The notes under the pieces: model-generated
The model's input: only the letters and a program-made list of their open reading frames with translations
Database searches by the model: none
What the model was told of the DNA's origin: nothing
Virus record (IMG/VR): IMGVR_UViG_2690316028_000002
Span: 1-13,281 of that record
DNA from: a virus
Taxonomy: Duplodnaviria; Heunggongvirae; Uroviricota; Caudoviricetes
Direction: 5' to 3' (one strand)
DNA: 13,281 nucleotides
In this document: piece by piece, positions 1 to 6,874 of the stretch
Position numbering within the stretch: position 1 is the stretch's first letter
Layout of the letters: every line of letters begins with the position of its first letter
Made by a program: the position numbers and the translations under genes

Positions 1-773
1 GCCACATGGGCAATCTGTTCGGCCGTAACGTTGTGGAACTGCTGAGCCATCGCGATCAGGCCTGATGTAGGGTCAGTAGTGAGCTTGCCGTATGCGGCTG
101 CGACTTTTTCCACCGGCACGCCGGAGGCATCAGTAAATCGCGCCACCGCCTGGCTCATTTCATCAAAGCGCGAACTCGCGCCCACCCCCGCGTTGATAAG
201 CTCTCTCAGGGCTTCGCTGGTCTGATTGAACGTCAGCCCCGCTGCCTGGCCGTTTCGTGCCAGCGCCAACATACGATCGGCAGTCAATCCGGCCGTGTTC
301 CCCGACAGTACCAGCGTTTTGTTGAAGTCAGATAGTGTGGATGAGCCCTGGTACCAGGCATAGAACAGCGCACCCGTTGCGGCGGACAGCGCACCGATGC
401 CGACCATCAACGGTGAGATCGTACCCAGTAAGGCCCGGAATGTTGGTATTATCCCGCCAAAGGAGTCCTTAACCTGACCGCCCTGCTGAAGCAGAATAAG
501 CCATGGGTTCTGCCCGCCCGCTAGCTGCGTAGCTATATCGGTAAACTGCGCCGGAAGCATACGCATTGCTGCGTTATACTGGCCTATTGAAATACCCGCC
601 TTGCGCGCGGCGTTCTCCTGGCGGCTAAAGGACTGCTGGATCCGTAGCGCTTCGTCGTTCGCCGCGCTGCCAGTCTGCTTTAATTCTTTTTTGACGTAGT
701 TAAGCTGCTCGTTAAATTTCGTCGAGTTAACGTCAAGGTTAACGACCAGATCACCCACTGCCGTCTGGGCCAT
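1..773 (-). CDS. H: Tail tape measure protein (lambda gpH-like), N-terminal ~257 codons; 3' end lies beyond the window start
   Basis: ATG at 773..771 (plus 'cat'). Hand translation gives MAQTAVGDLVVNLDVNSTKFNEQLNYVKKELKQTGSAANDEALRIQQSFSRQENAARK..., which parallels the lambda gpH N-terminus as I recall it. Reading frame stays open to position 1. Overlaps the T frame stop (751..753) by 23 nt in a different frame. Confidence 0.88.
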   Translation of the reverse strand, partial: MAQTAVGDLVVNLDVNSTKFNEQLNYVKKELKQTGSAANDEALRIQQSFSRQENAARKAGISIGQYNAAMRMLPAQFTDIATQLAGGQNPWLILLQQGGQVKDSFGGIIPTFRALLGTISPLMVGIGALSAATGALFYAWYQGSSTLSDFNKTLVLSGNTAGLTADRMLALARNGQAAGLTFNQTSEALRELINAGVGASSRFDEMSQAVARFTDASGVPVEKVAAAYGKLTTDPTSGLIAMAQQFHNVTAEQIAHV

Positions 774-1116
774 AGCGCACGCCTCCTGAAATACCTGCAG
801 CCTTCGCCATCAGCGTATCGTCATCCGGATCATCGATGTCGATGGCTTCCGGTGCAGAGGAAAGAATGCTGAAACTGTCCGGGGTTAACTCCGGATCGGC
901 AAAAAACAGGGTTGAGATGGTGTAGAGCAAGCCGGAGAAATGTGCGTCCAGCTGCGCATCATGAAAGTAATTGTCCTGGTAGAAGATTTTCCAGTCGCCG
1001 TACTCCGTAGAGGACATGCCAGCAAGCATGGCACGCCAGTCCGGGCGACCGAACTCACGCGCCAGTTTCATGGCAAATTTCAGCTCACTGGCGAGGACTT
1101 TTCCGCAGTAACGGGT
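751..1116 (-). CDS. T: Tail assembly protein T reading frame (lambda gpT-like); probably made only as a G-T fusion by -1 ribosomal frameshifting
   Basis: Track ORF 751..1071 (MKLAREFGRPDWRAMLAGMSSTEYGDW...) matches the lambda gpT start region. The same frame stays open upstream to 1116 and is closed by TGA at 1117..1119, so it overlaps the 3' end of G in the -1 frame. No Shine-Dalgarno serves the internal ATG at 1071. Confidence 0.8.
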   Translation of the reverse strand, partial: TRYCGKVLASELKFAMKLAREFGRPDWRAMLAGMSSTEYGDWKIFYQDNYFHDAQLDAHFSGLLYTISTLFFADPELTPDSFSILSSAPEAIDIDDPDDDTLMAKAAGISGGVRYGPDGSG

Positions 1117-1502
1117 TCAGCGGGATCATTACGTTCTTCACCGGATGAAGTCGGTTCTTCAATGACAGGCGCAATCATCCCGGACAGGAGTTTCACCTTA
1201 TATTCCGCTTCGGCAACCAGTTCGGTCGGCCATGACTGCATGACCTCATCCTGAATCTTTGCCACTTCCGCCGCCGCATTTTCTCCCTGGGAGCCTTTCA
1301 GTTCGTGGCCGTGCCAGAGTGACATCGCCACGAGGAACGCCCCACTTTTTACGGTGAGGGTGATGGCCGCCTGAAAATCGCCAGCTTCAACTGCCTCCAG
1401 CTGCTTCAGGTATTCGAGGTATTCAATACGCTGAAGCGCCGAAAGCTGGAACAATGTGACGCTGCTGCCGTTGCATTCAAGCAGTTCGCTCTTTAGAAAC
1501 AT
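1080..1502 (-). CDS. G: Tail assembly chaperone (lambda gpG-like)
   Basis: 140-aa ORF, the same length as lambda G. ATG at 1502..1500 is preceded by GGAG. Position between V and T matches lambda synteny. Confidence 0.9.
   Translation of the reverse strand: MFLKSELLECNGSSVTLFQLSALQRIEYLEYLKQLEAVEAGDFQAAITLTVKSGAFLVAMSLWHGHELKGSQGENAAAEVAKIQDEVMQSWPTELVAEAEYKVKLLSGMIAPVIEEPTSSGEERNDPAEPVTAEKSSPVS
1098..1104 (-). promoter_or_regulatory. Candidate -1 programmed ribosomal frameshift heptamer (mRNA 5'-GGAAAAG-3') linking G to T
   Basis: The T frame is open only from 1116 downward and G stops at 1080..1082, so the shift must occur within 1083..1116. The only slippery-looking run there is GCG GAA AAG (zero frame) read as GGA AAA in the -1 frame. 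The lambda site is G GGA AAG, so this heptamer is non-canonical. Confidence 0.5.
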
Positions 1503-1538
1503 AATTACTCCGGGGGAACGGGGCTCGCGCCCCGGTTA

Positions 1539-2276
1539 TCAGGAAACAGTGACTTTGCAGATCGCCACAAAGTTACCGTCATTGCTCATAACGATGATTT
1601 CGACGGTGCCTGCCGCCACGCCGGTGACCGTCAGTGTGTTACCGTTAGCCGTAACTGTGGCTTTGGCCCGGTCAGCTGACGATACGCGGAAGGATTTATC
1701 TGACGCACTGGCCGGAAGAACAGATACAACCAGTTGCACAGTTTTACCGACCGCAACAGCTGCAGTGGATTTATCCAGGCTGATCCCCGTGACAGCAATC
1801 GGCGCGGCACCACTGTCTTCTGCCAGTGATGGTTTGCCGTTGTTGGTGATTTTGGCCGTCCGGGTCATGACCTCTTTGGACGTAATGGTTTTACCGAGGC
1901 TGCTCACCCAGCCCTTAAACACATCGACAACACCATTTGGGTATTTGATTTTATATCCCCTCACGGTGCCCTCATCGAACCAGATCACAAGGTCCTGCTG
2001 ACCGGAATCTCCCGGCATCCACGCGAGCGTCAGGTTGGTTTCACCGGCTGATTTCTGCCCCTGCATGGTTGATGTCCAGTCAGCATTCTCATCATCGATG
2101 TAGGTATCATCCTCAGATTCGGCGGTCAGTTCACCGGGCTGCAGGTCTTTAATCTTTGCCAGACGCAGCCAGTCAACATCTGAAAGCGGGTTGGCATAAG
2201 GGTCACCGGTTCCGGTGTAAACCCATAGGGTGGTACCAGCACCTTTTGTTGGTGCCAGCGGGTTTGGTGTGGCCAT
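1539..2276 (-). CDS. V: Major tail tube protein (lambda gpV-like) with a C-terminal Ig-like domain
   Basis: 245-aa ORF. N-terminus ...[26 protein letters not shown]... and the C-terminal T/V/S-rich segment parallel lambda gpV. ATG at 2276..2274 is preceded by GAGGA. Confidence 0.94.
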   Translation of the reverse strand: MATPNPLAPTKGAGTTLWVYTGTGDPYANPLSDVDWLRLAKIKDLQPGELTAESEDDTYIDDENADWTSTMQGQKSAGETNLTLAWMPGDSGQQDLVIWFDEGTVRGYKIKYPNGVVDVFKGWVSSLGKTITSKEVMTRTAKITNNGKPSLAEDSGAAPIAVTGISLDKSTAAVAVGKTVQLVVSVLPASASDKSFRVSSADRAKATVTANGNTLTVTGVAAGTVEIIVMSNDGNFVAICKVTVS

Positions 2277-2283
2277 AGGGTCC

Positions 2284-2682
2284 TCACATGTCGTAAGTAA
2301 TGGAATATTTCAGGTCGGCAGAACTCCACAGCGCCATATCGTCATCGCGCTGGTAGTCATAACCCTGCTGAACCATTGTGGTGATAAGGGATTCAAGACC
2401 CGGAACCTCTGCGAGAACCGGATACACCCGCGTTTCCATCCAGTCATCCAGATCAGAATCAGGCACCTGAGCCCCAAGAAAGACTTCGATATGCAGAATG
2501 GCCTGCCAGCTGTCTGCATCCAGTTCTTCCCCGGTGTATTCCGCATCTGTCAGATAGACGGCTACAGCAGGGAAATCTTCCTCTTCGAGCACTGCAGGCC
2601 TGCCGTCAAAATAAATGGCGTCAGTACCAATCGCGCTTTCAAGCGCGTCAATAATTACCTTGCGGATATCGCTGTGTTTCAT
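2284..2682 (-). CDS. U: Tail terminator protein (lambda gpU-like)
   Basis: 132-aa ORF starting [15 protein letters not shown]... with ...FDGRPAV...[10 protein letters not shown]...EYTGEELD..., matching lambda gpU. ATGA start/stop overlap with Z. Confidence 0.94.
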   Translation of the reverse strand: MKHSDIRKVIIDALESAIGTDAIYFDGRPAVLEEEDFPAVAVYLTDAEYTGEELDADSWQAILHIEVFLGAQVPDSDLDDWMETRVYPVLAEVPGLESLITTMVQQGYDYQRDDDMALWSSADLKYSITYDM

Positions 2683-3233
2683 CGTGTCAGAATGAGCCTG
2701 AGTTGGTTGGTAAGGGATGCCCGGAGCTCTTTGGGCATATCCGACTCCATAAGCTTCGGCAGTTCTTCTTTAAATGCCGTAGTTAACGGAGCTGCCAGCG
2801 GGATGCTGACTACTTCAATGGGATAACGGGGTTTTGACGTTCGCCTCATGACGTGCCAGCGGCCATTTTTAAGCTGCTGGATGAAACCACCCGGAAAACG
2901 GAACGGCCCTATGCGCAGAACGCTGTTGGCCCCTTTCTTATCCCTTTTTCTGCGGGAAAGGCGCACGCTTGCAGTGCCGAGTTTTATGGCCGGTAAATTT
3001 CCCCGGTTCACCCGGATAAGCGCACGGGGCTTATTGACCGTCGCACGCTTCACTCTGGCGCGTTGCTTTACCAGCTTTCTCGGTACGCGGGTGTCTTTTG
3101 ATACGACCGCAACGCTACGGCTGACAGCACGGTTTGCCACGCGGTTAACGGCCTGCGCCGACGCACGCGGGACAGCCGTTTTGCTGATGCTGTTAAGGTT
3201 CTCTATGGCCTGCTCAAGGCCTTTTATCGACAT
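2679..3233 (-). CDS. Z: Tail completion protein (lambda gpZ-like)
   Basis: 184-aa basic protein at the Z position between FII and U. ATG at 3233..3231 is preceded by GGAG. Confidence 0.88.
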   Translation of the reverse strand: MSIKGLEQAIENLNSISKTAVPRASAQAVNRVANRAVSRSVAVVSKDTRVPRKLVKQRARVKRATVNKPRALIRVNRGNLPAIKLGTASVRLSRRKRDKKGANSVLRIGPFRFPGGFIQQLKNGRWHVMRRTSKPRYPIEVVSIPLAAPLTTAFKEELPKLMESDMPKELRASLTNQLRLILTR

Positions 3234-3242
3234 AGGCGCTCC

Positions 3243-3596
3243 TTAACGGCGACGCGAGGAAGGTGGAGCAGAGCCGTTACCCAGCCAGATATGACAGGAA
3301 CCACAGTCATCCGGATCGATACGATCAACCCAGAATGACCGGCCGTTAATCGTCAGGGTGTCCATACGCTGCAGCTGGCTGACAGTGGAGGTTTCAACAA
3401 ACAGTGTCGGGCTGGTACCTTCAACACGGATCCCCGCTCCCGCATAACCAATGTTTTCTGGATCATCAAAGACACCGACCAGCGTGATGCCAGACAATGC
3501 GCCTGACATCACCTTTGCCTCTGTGCCCATCACACTGCGGATAGTGCCATCAGCTCGCGACATGGCCTCATCAAAGAGATTATCGAAATCAGCCAT
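3243..3596 (-). CDS. FII: Head-tail joining protein (lambda gpFII-like)
   Basis: 117-aa ORF starting MADFDNLFDEA... and ending ...RRR, the same length and termini as lambda gpFII. Confidence 0.93.
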   Translation of the reverse strand: MADFDNLFDEAMSRADGTIRSVMGTEAKVMSGALSGITLVGVFDDPENIGYAGAGIRVEGTSPTLFVETSTVSQLQRMDTLTINGRSFWVDRIDPDDCGSCHIWLGNGSAPPSSRRR

Positions 3597-3606
3597 GCGG
3601 CCCCCT

Positions 3607-4050
3607 TCAGACTTCGCGAGCCAGCCCCTTTGCGATCAGCTCATCGGCATCCTGTTCGGATACGCGGATAATCACTCCGGGCTCAACGATGGATACCGGT
3701 TCGTTACGCGTGGCATGCAGCGCGTCAACATGCAGGGTAGCCAGCGTTTCTACTGATACCCGGTCATCCGTTGTGACCGCTTCGTTTTTTACTTTTTCCG
3801 TGCCATCTACATCGCTGTCGGTGCTGTCGGTGCTGTCGGTGCTGTCGGTGCTGTCGGTGCTGTCGGTGCTGTCGGGAGCATTCTTCTCTCCGTTTTCACC
3901 GTCAATCGAACTGGCATCACCATCCAGCTCCTCTTCCAGCTCAGCAATACGCATCGTAAGTTCCTGAACCGTGCCGCTGGTGCTGACCTCGCGGTTAAGC
4001 TGGGTCCCAAGTTCATTCAGGCGGGCGACCAGCTTTTCTTTTTCTGTCAT
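3607..4050 (-). CDS. FI: DNA-packaging / head assembly accessory protein (lambda gpFI-like) with an internal (STD)n linker repeat
   Basis: Track ORF 3607..4086 begins at a GTG with no Shine-Dalgarno, inside a hairpin. The in-frame ATG at 4050..4048 is preceded by GGAG and gives MTEKEKLVARLNELGTQLNREV..., which parallels the lambda gpFI N-terminus. That start gives 147 aa. Confidence 0.82.
   Translation of the reverse strand: MTEKEKLVARLNELGTQLNREVSTSGTVQELTMRIAELEEELDGDASSIDGENGEKNAPDSTDSTDSTDSTDSTDSTDSDVDGTEKVKNEAVTTDDRVSVETLATLHVDALHATRNEPVSIVEPGVIIRVSEQDADELIAKGLAREV
3804..3866. repeat. Perfect 9-bp tandem repeat (plus-strand unit gctgtcggt, 6 copies plus a 7th imperfect copy) inside the FI coding sequence
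   Basis: Read directly from the sequence at 3804..3866. On the coding strand it encodes (Ser-Thr-Asp)6 followed by Ser-Asp. Confidence 0.9.
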
Positions 4051-4068
4051 GGGAAATACTCCAGAAAG

Positions 4069-4086
4069 GTGGCCCGACAGGGCCAC
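4069..4086 (-). other. Stem-loop between the E stop and the FI ribosome-binding site
   Basis: Perfect 7-bp GC-rich inverted repeat gtggccc / gggccac with a 4-nt loop, 9 nt downstream of the E stop codon on the mRNA strand. Confidence 0.35.
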
Positions 4087-4095
4087 TGGGGGAAG

Positions 4096-5121
4096 TTATG
4101 CCAGTTTGACGGAGACGAATGCGTCAGGGTCTGGCAGCAGCATCAGCGGAGCTGACTGAATCATGGTGAATTCGCGCGCCGGATCCCCCGACTGCACCCA
4201 GTTTTTCGGGTAGCGTGTCGAGGCATTGATACCTTCGCGCTGGGCATCAGCATCAAGAATGCAGCCATAGGTACGCAGGCCACGAGCCTGGGTATTCCCC
4301 AGCACCATTGTCAGGTCCGGCAGATAATTCTTTTTGACGTCGTTTTCGACGTACTGGCCGGAGTACACCACGATGGCCACATCGCCAAACATCCCCTTGT
4401 ATGAAACAGCCATACCCAGGTCTTTCACGGCAGTTTCCAGCTCAGAGTTAGAACCACGACGCGTATCCAGCTTCTTCTCAACAGCCTTGAAGGAACGGAA
4501 CAGCGCCCAGCCTTTCGGATCGAACACAATGATGTTGACCACACCGCTGGCGTTGAGCGCGTAGGCTTCAATGTCATCGGTCGGGTCATACGTTTCTTTG
4601 TCGCGGGTTGACCATGCAGCCGCACCGGCCTGGACAATGTTGTTACCAGCGCTGCGGCCCATATCGACTTCAACAGGCTCGAACGCTTCCCCGGTCATGG
4701 TGTATTTACCGCTGAGCACCGCCGAAACAGCCTGTTTCTCTTCGACCTGAGCAATCGCCAGCTCTTCATCCTTCATGTTCTGAAGGATAATGCGGCGACG
4801 GCGATAGACCGGGTCAGCGAGATTCTGCGGATCCTCATCCGGCAGGCGGCGGAGAGTCATCAGTGGGTTAACTTCGTGTTTCGGCTTCACATAACCCGGC
4901 GTGAATTCAGACGTGCTGCCGCCACGGGAGCGGATCACTTTGCCGGAGACAATCGGCGAGACGTAAAGCGCCATATTGACCAGGCCAGGAATTTGCGACA
5001 GGTAAACCTTCTCTGTACTGAAGGGATAGGTTTCGCGGAAAAAGATACGCAGGAAAAGCGGATCGAATTTGAATTTCTTCTCATTGACCGCCAGCAGTTG
5101 GGCAGTGGTGTAAACGGACAT
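4096..5121 (-). CDS. E: Major capsid protein (lambda gpE-like)
   Basis: 341-aa ORF, the same length as lambda gpE and near-identical along most of its length (MS.YTTAQLLA.NE.KFKFDPLFLR...FTMIQSAPLML). Confidence 0.97.
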   Translation of the reverse strand: MSVYTTAQLLAVNEKKFKFDPLFLRIFFRETYPFSTEKVYLSQIPGLVNMALYVSPIVSGKVIRSRGGSTSEFTPGYVKPKHEVNPLMTLRRLPDEDPQNLADPVYRRRRIILQNMKDEELAIAQVEEKQAVSAVLSGKYTMTGEAFEPVEVDMGRSAGNNIVQAGAAAWSTRDKETYDPTDDIEAYALNASGVVNIIVFDPKGWALFRSFKAVEKKLDTRRGSNSELETAVKDLGMAVSYKGMFGDVAIVVYSGQYVENDVKKNYLPDLTMVLGNTQARGLRTYGCILDADAQREGINASTRYPKNWVQSGDPAREFTMIQSAPLMLLPDPDAFVSVKLA

Positions 5122-5137
5122 AGATTTTTCCCGTAAA

Positions 5138-5159
5138 AAAAGCCGCGCAAGCGGCTTTT
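5138..5159 (-). terminator. Intrinsic-terminator-like hairpin in the D-E intergenic region
   Basis: Minus-strand RNA reads aaaagccgc-uugc-gcggc followed by a run of seven U. GC stem of 5 bp, extendable with A:U pairs. Lies between the D stop (5189) and the E start (5121). Confidence 0.4.
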
Positions 5160-5188
5160 ATGAATGATGATGGTTGTAGAAATGCGGA

Positions 5189-5521
5189 TTAAACGATGCT
5201 GATTGCAGTACCGGCGAACGCGTTACGTTTAATGTTGTCGTCGGTGACGGCAGATGGCCAGAGGACATCTTCAATACGGAAAGAGCCAGATTTGTAATAT
5301 GCCAGTTCCGCGCTGTTCTGGTCTGCGGTTACAGCCAGGATGCCCATTGCCGCGCCAGCATGAGCACCATCCCAGACGGTCAGCTTGCCAGAAGTGGCAT
5401 CCAGCATGAGCGGCGTCATGGCTGGAGTGGAAGCCGTCAGTTCGCCAGGACCATACGCAGTGTGCGCCGGGTCGCTGTTACCGAGCGGCTGGTTATGTGT
5501 GAAAACTTCAGTAATTGCCAT
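5189..5521 (-). CDS. D: Head decoration protein (lambda gpD-like)
   Basis: 110-aa ORF, the same length as lambda gpD; ...GNSDPAHTA...PAMTPLMLD...[10 protein letters not shown] matches. ATG is preceded by GAGG. Confidence 0.95.
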   Translation of the reverse strand: MAITEVFTHNQPLGNSDPAHTAYGPGELTASTPAMTPLMLDATSGKLTVWDGAHAGAAMGILAVTADQNSAELAYYKSGSFRIEDVLWPSAVTDDNIKRNAFAGTAISIV

Positions 5522-5530
5522 GATAGCCTC

Positions 5531-6136
5531 TTAAACGGGGGTGTTTAACAAATCGTCAGCGGCATCAGAAGATGCGCTACCTGCTGGGAGTGCACCGGGT
5601 GCTGTTTCCATCAAACGATCCAGCGCCGTATCGGTACGCGCCTGGGCACTTTGCGGTGCAGCAGCCAGAATGCGCTGTGCGCTCTCTACCGTCATACCCG
5701 GCGTTTCGGCCAGTGCTCGCGCCTGTGACTCACGCCCTTTAGCCTCATCGCAGTTCAGGATGCCCATGATGCGGCTATTCTCTGCAGCTACTGCTGCAGT
5801 AACCTGCGCACTGACATCTACAGGGGCCGCTACGGAAGCAATGGTCGTGTCAACGGTAGTGACCTGTTCAGCTGAGGCAGTTGTCTGAGTTGCTGCCTGG
5901 TCAACTGGCTTAGTGGTCACAGCTGAAGCAGAAGGTGATGGCATAGTTCCTCCAAGGGTTGTTTTTTTGCGTCTGTCGAGTGCTTCGCGCATCACGCCGA
6001 GCGCATCGGTATTGTTAACAAGTTCATCCGCCAGTCCGTTATCCAAAGACTCCTGGCCGGAGAATACTGCCGCTTCGGTGTCCAGCACGTCCTGAACAGA
6101 CATGCCGGTATAAGCGGAAACCTTTTCGGCAAACAT
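5531..6136 (-). CDS. Nu3: Scaffolding protein Nu3, in-frame nested start within the 3' part of C (putative)
   Basis: In lambda, Nu3 is translated from an internal in-frame start in C. Here an in-frame ATG at 6136..6134 (context ...ATRQ-M-FAEKVSAYTG...) gives a 201-codon product, the same length as lambda Nu3. No strong Shine-Dalgarno was seen; the alternative ATG is 11 codons downstream. Confidence 0.55.
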   Translation of the reverse strand: MFAEKVSAYTGMSVQDVLDTEAAVFSGQESLDNGLADELVNNTDALGVMREALDRRKKTTLGGTMPSPSASAVTTKPVDQAATQTTASAEQVTTVDTTIASVAAPVDVSAQVTAAVAAENSRIMGILNCDEAKGRESQARALAETPGMTVESAQRILAAAPQSAQARTDTALDRLMETAPGALPAGSASSDAADDLLNTPV

Positions 6137-6874
6137 CTGACGAGTGGCATCGATACGCGTCTGGAAATCAGCACGCACATCTTTCGGAAGCTTTTCGTAA
6201 GGGTTGCCGTCGACCTTGCGATCGCCGCTGTAAATCAGCGTGACCTCAACGCCGTTAGTTTTGAGCGCAGCGCCATAGTTGCTGTGCGCCATCATGACCC
6301 CAATGGAGCCGGTTCTGGCCGTTTGTGTGACCAGCCGTCGCGATGCCGAACTGGCTATAAGCTGCCCTGCACTGCAGTTCATGTCATTGGCCAGCGCCCA
6401 GATGGGTTTGATATCGCGCATACGGGCTATAATGTCGGCGCAGTCAAACGCCCCGGACACCATTCCACCCGGCGTATCCATATCCAGAAGAATGCCGTCA
6501 ACGCCGGGGTCACTGATTGCCTGCTGCAGGCGAGCAATGATCCCGTTGTAACCCGTCATGCCGGAATAAGGCTGAAGCGCACGGGTTTTACTGACCAGCG
6601 TGCCGGAAACCGGCAAGACCGCGATACCATTTGCCACCTGATAGCTGCGTGATGGACGGGGATCCATGTCATCATCCTCACCAAACAGCGCCAGCGGTTC
6701 GGCTATTTGTCCGGCATCAAGCGTGATGCCAGAGACGGTATCTGTCAGCCGGGTGATGCCCAACTGGCCAGCCAGCGCGCAAAAGAAAACCCGCGCATAG
6801 GCGGGTTCAAGCATCAGCGGCTCATTAAAGGCCATACTGGCAATATGCGGAAGATTACGCAGCTCGTGCGCCAT
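5531..6874 (-). CDS. C: Head maturation protease / scaffold protein (lambda gpC-like)
   Basis: 447-aa ORF starting [40 protein letters not shown]..., matching lambda gpC. Strong GAGGAGGA Shine-Dalgarno before the ATG at 6874. 20-nt overlap with the B 3' end. Confidence 0.94.
   Translation of the reverse strand: MAHELRNLPHIASMAFNEPLMLEPAYARVFFCALAGQLGITRLTDTVSGITLDAGQIAEPLALFGEDDDMDPRPSRSYQVANGIAVLPVSGTLVSKTRALQPYSGMTGYNGIIARLQQAISDPGVDGILLDMDTPGGMVSGAFDCADIIARMRDIKPIWALANDMNCSAGQLIASSASRRLVTQTARTGSIGVMMAHSNYGAALKTNGVEVTLIYSGDRKVDGNPYEKLPKDVRADFQTRIDATRQMFAEKVSAYTGMSVQDVLDTEAAVFSGQESLDNGLADELVNNTDALGVMREALDRRKKTTLGGTMPSPSASAVTTKPVDQAATQTTASAEQVTTVDTTIASVAAPVDVSAQVTAAVAAENSRIMGILNCDEAKGRESQARALAETPGMTVESAQRILAAAPQSAQARTDTALDRLMETAPGALPAGSASSDAADDLLNTPV

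Noticed and set aside
751-1071. T as an independently initiated 106-aa protein from the ATG at 1071
   Set aside because: No ribosome-binding site precedes it, and the frame is open upstream into G in the -1 frame. The lambda-type G-T frameshift fusion is the better explanation, though independent initiation cannot be excluded from sequence alone.
1456-2001. Plus-strand ORFs antisense to the structural genes (for example 1456..2001, 2230..2826, 2848..3246, 5541..5888, 6284..6652, 8520..8987, 9724..10062)
   Set aside because: They lie entirely within and opposite to strongly supported lambda-like genes, lack convincing ribosome-binding sites, and have low-complexity Ala/Arg/Ser-rich translations typical of shadow ORFs in GC-rich coding DNA.
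3804-3866. The 9-bp tandem repeat as a CRISPR or other noncoding array
   Set aside because: Units are directly adjacent with no spacers, only 9 bp long, and in frame within a conserved coding sequence.
3689-4016. ORFs 3689..3967 (+) and 3807..4016 (-) with striking repeats (LSVLSV..., TAPTAP...)
   Set aside because: These are alternative-frame readings of the same 9-bp tandem DNA repeat inside FI. The repeat explains them; they are not independent genes.
4051-4086. Longer FI start at 4086, as given by the ORF track (MALSGHLSGVFP...)
   Set aside because: That start codon is GTG with no Shine-Dalgarno and lies inside the post-E hairpin. The ATG at 4050 has a GGAG ribosome-binding site and gives an N-terminus that parallels lambda gpFI.
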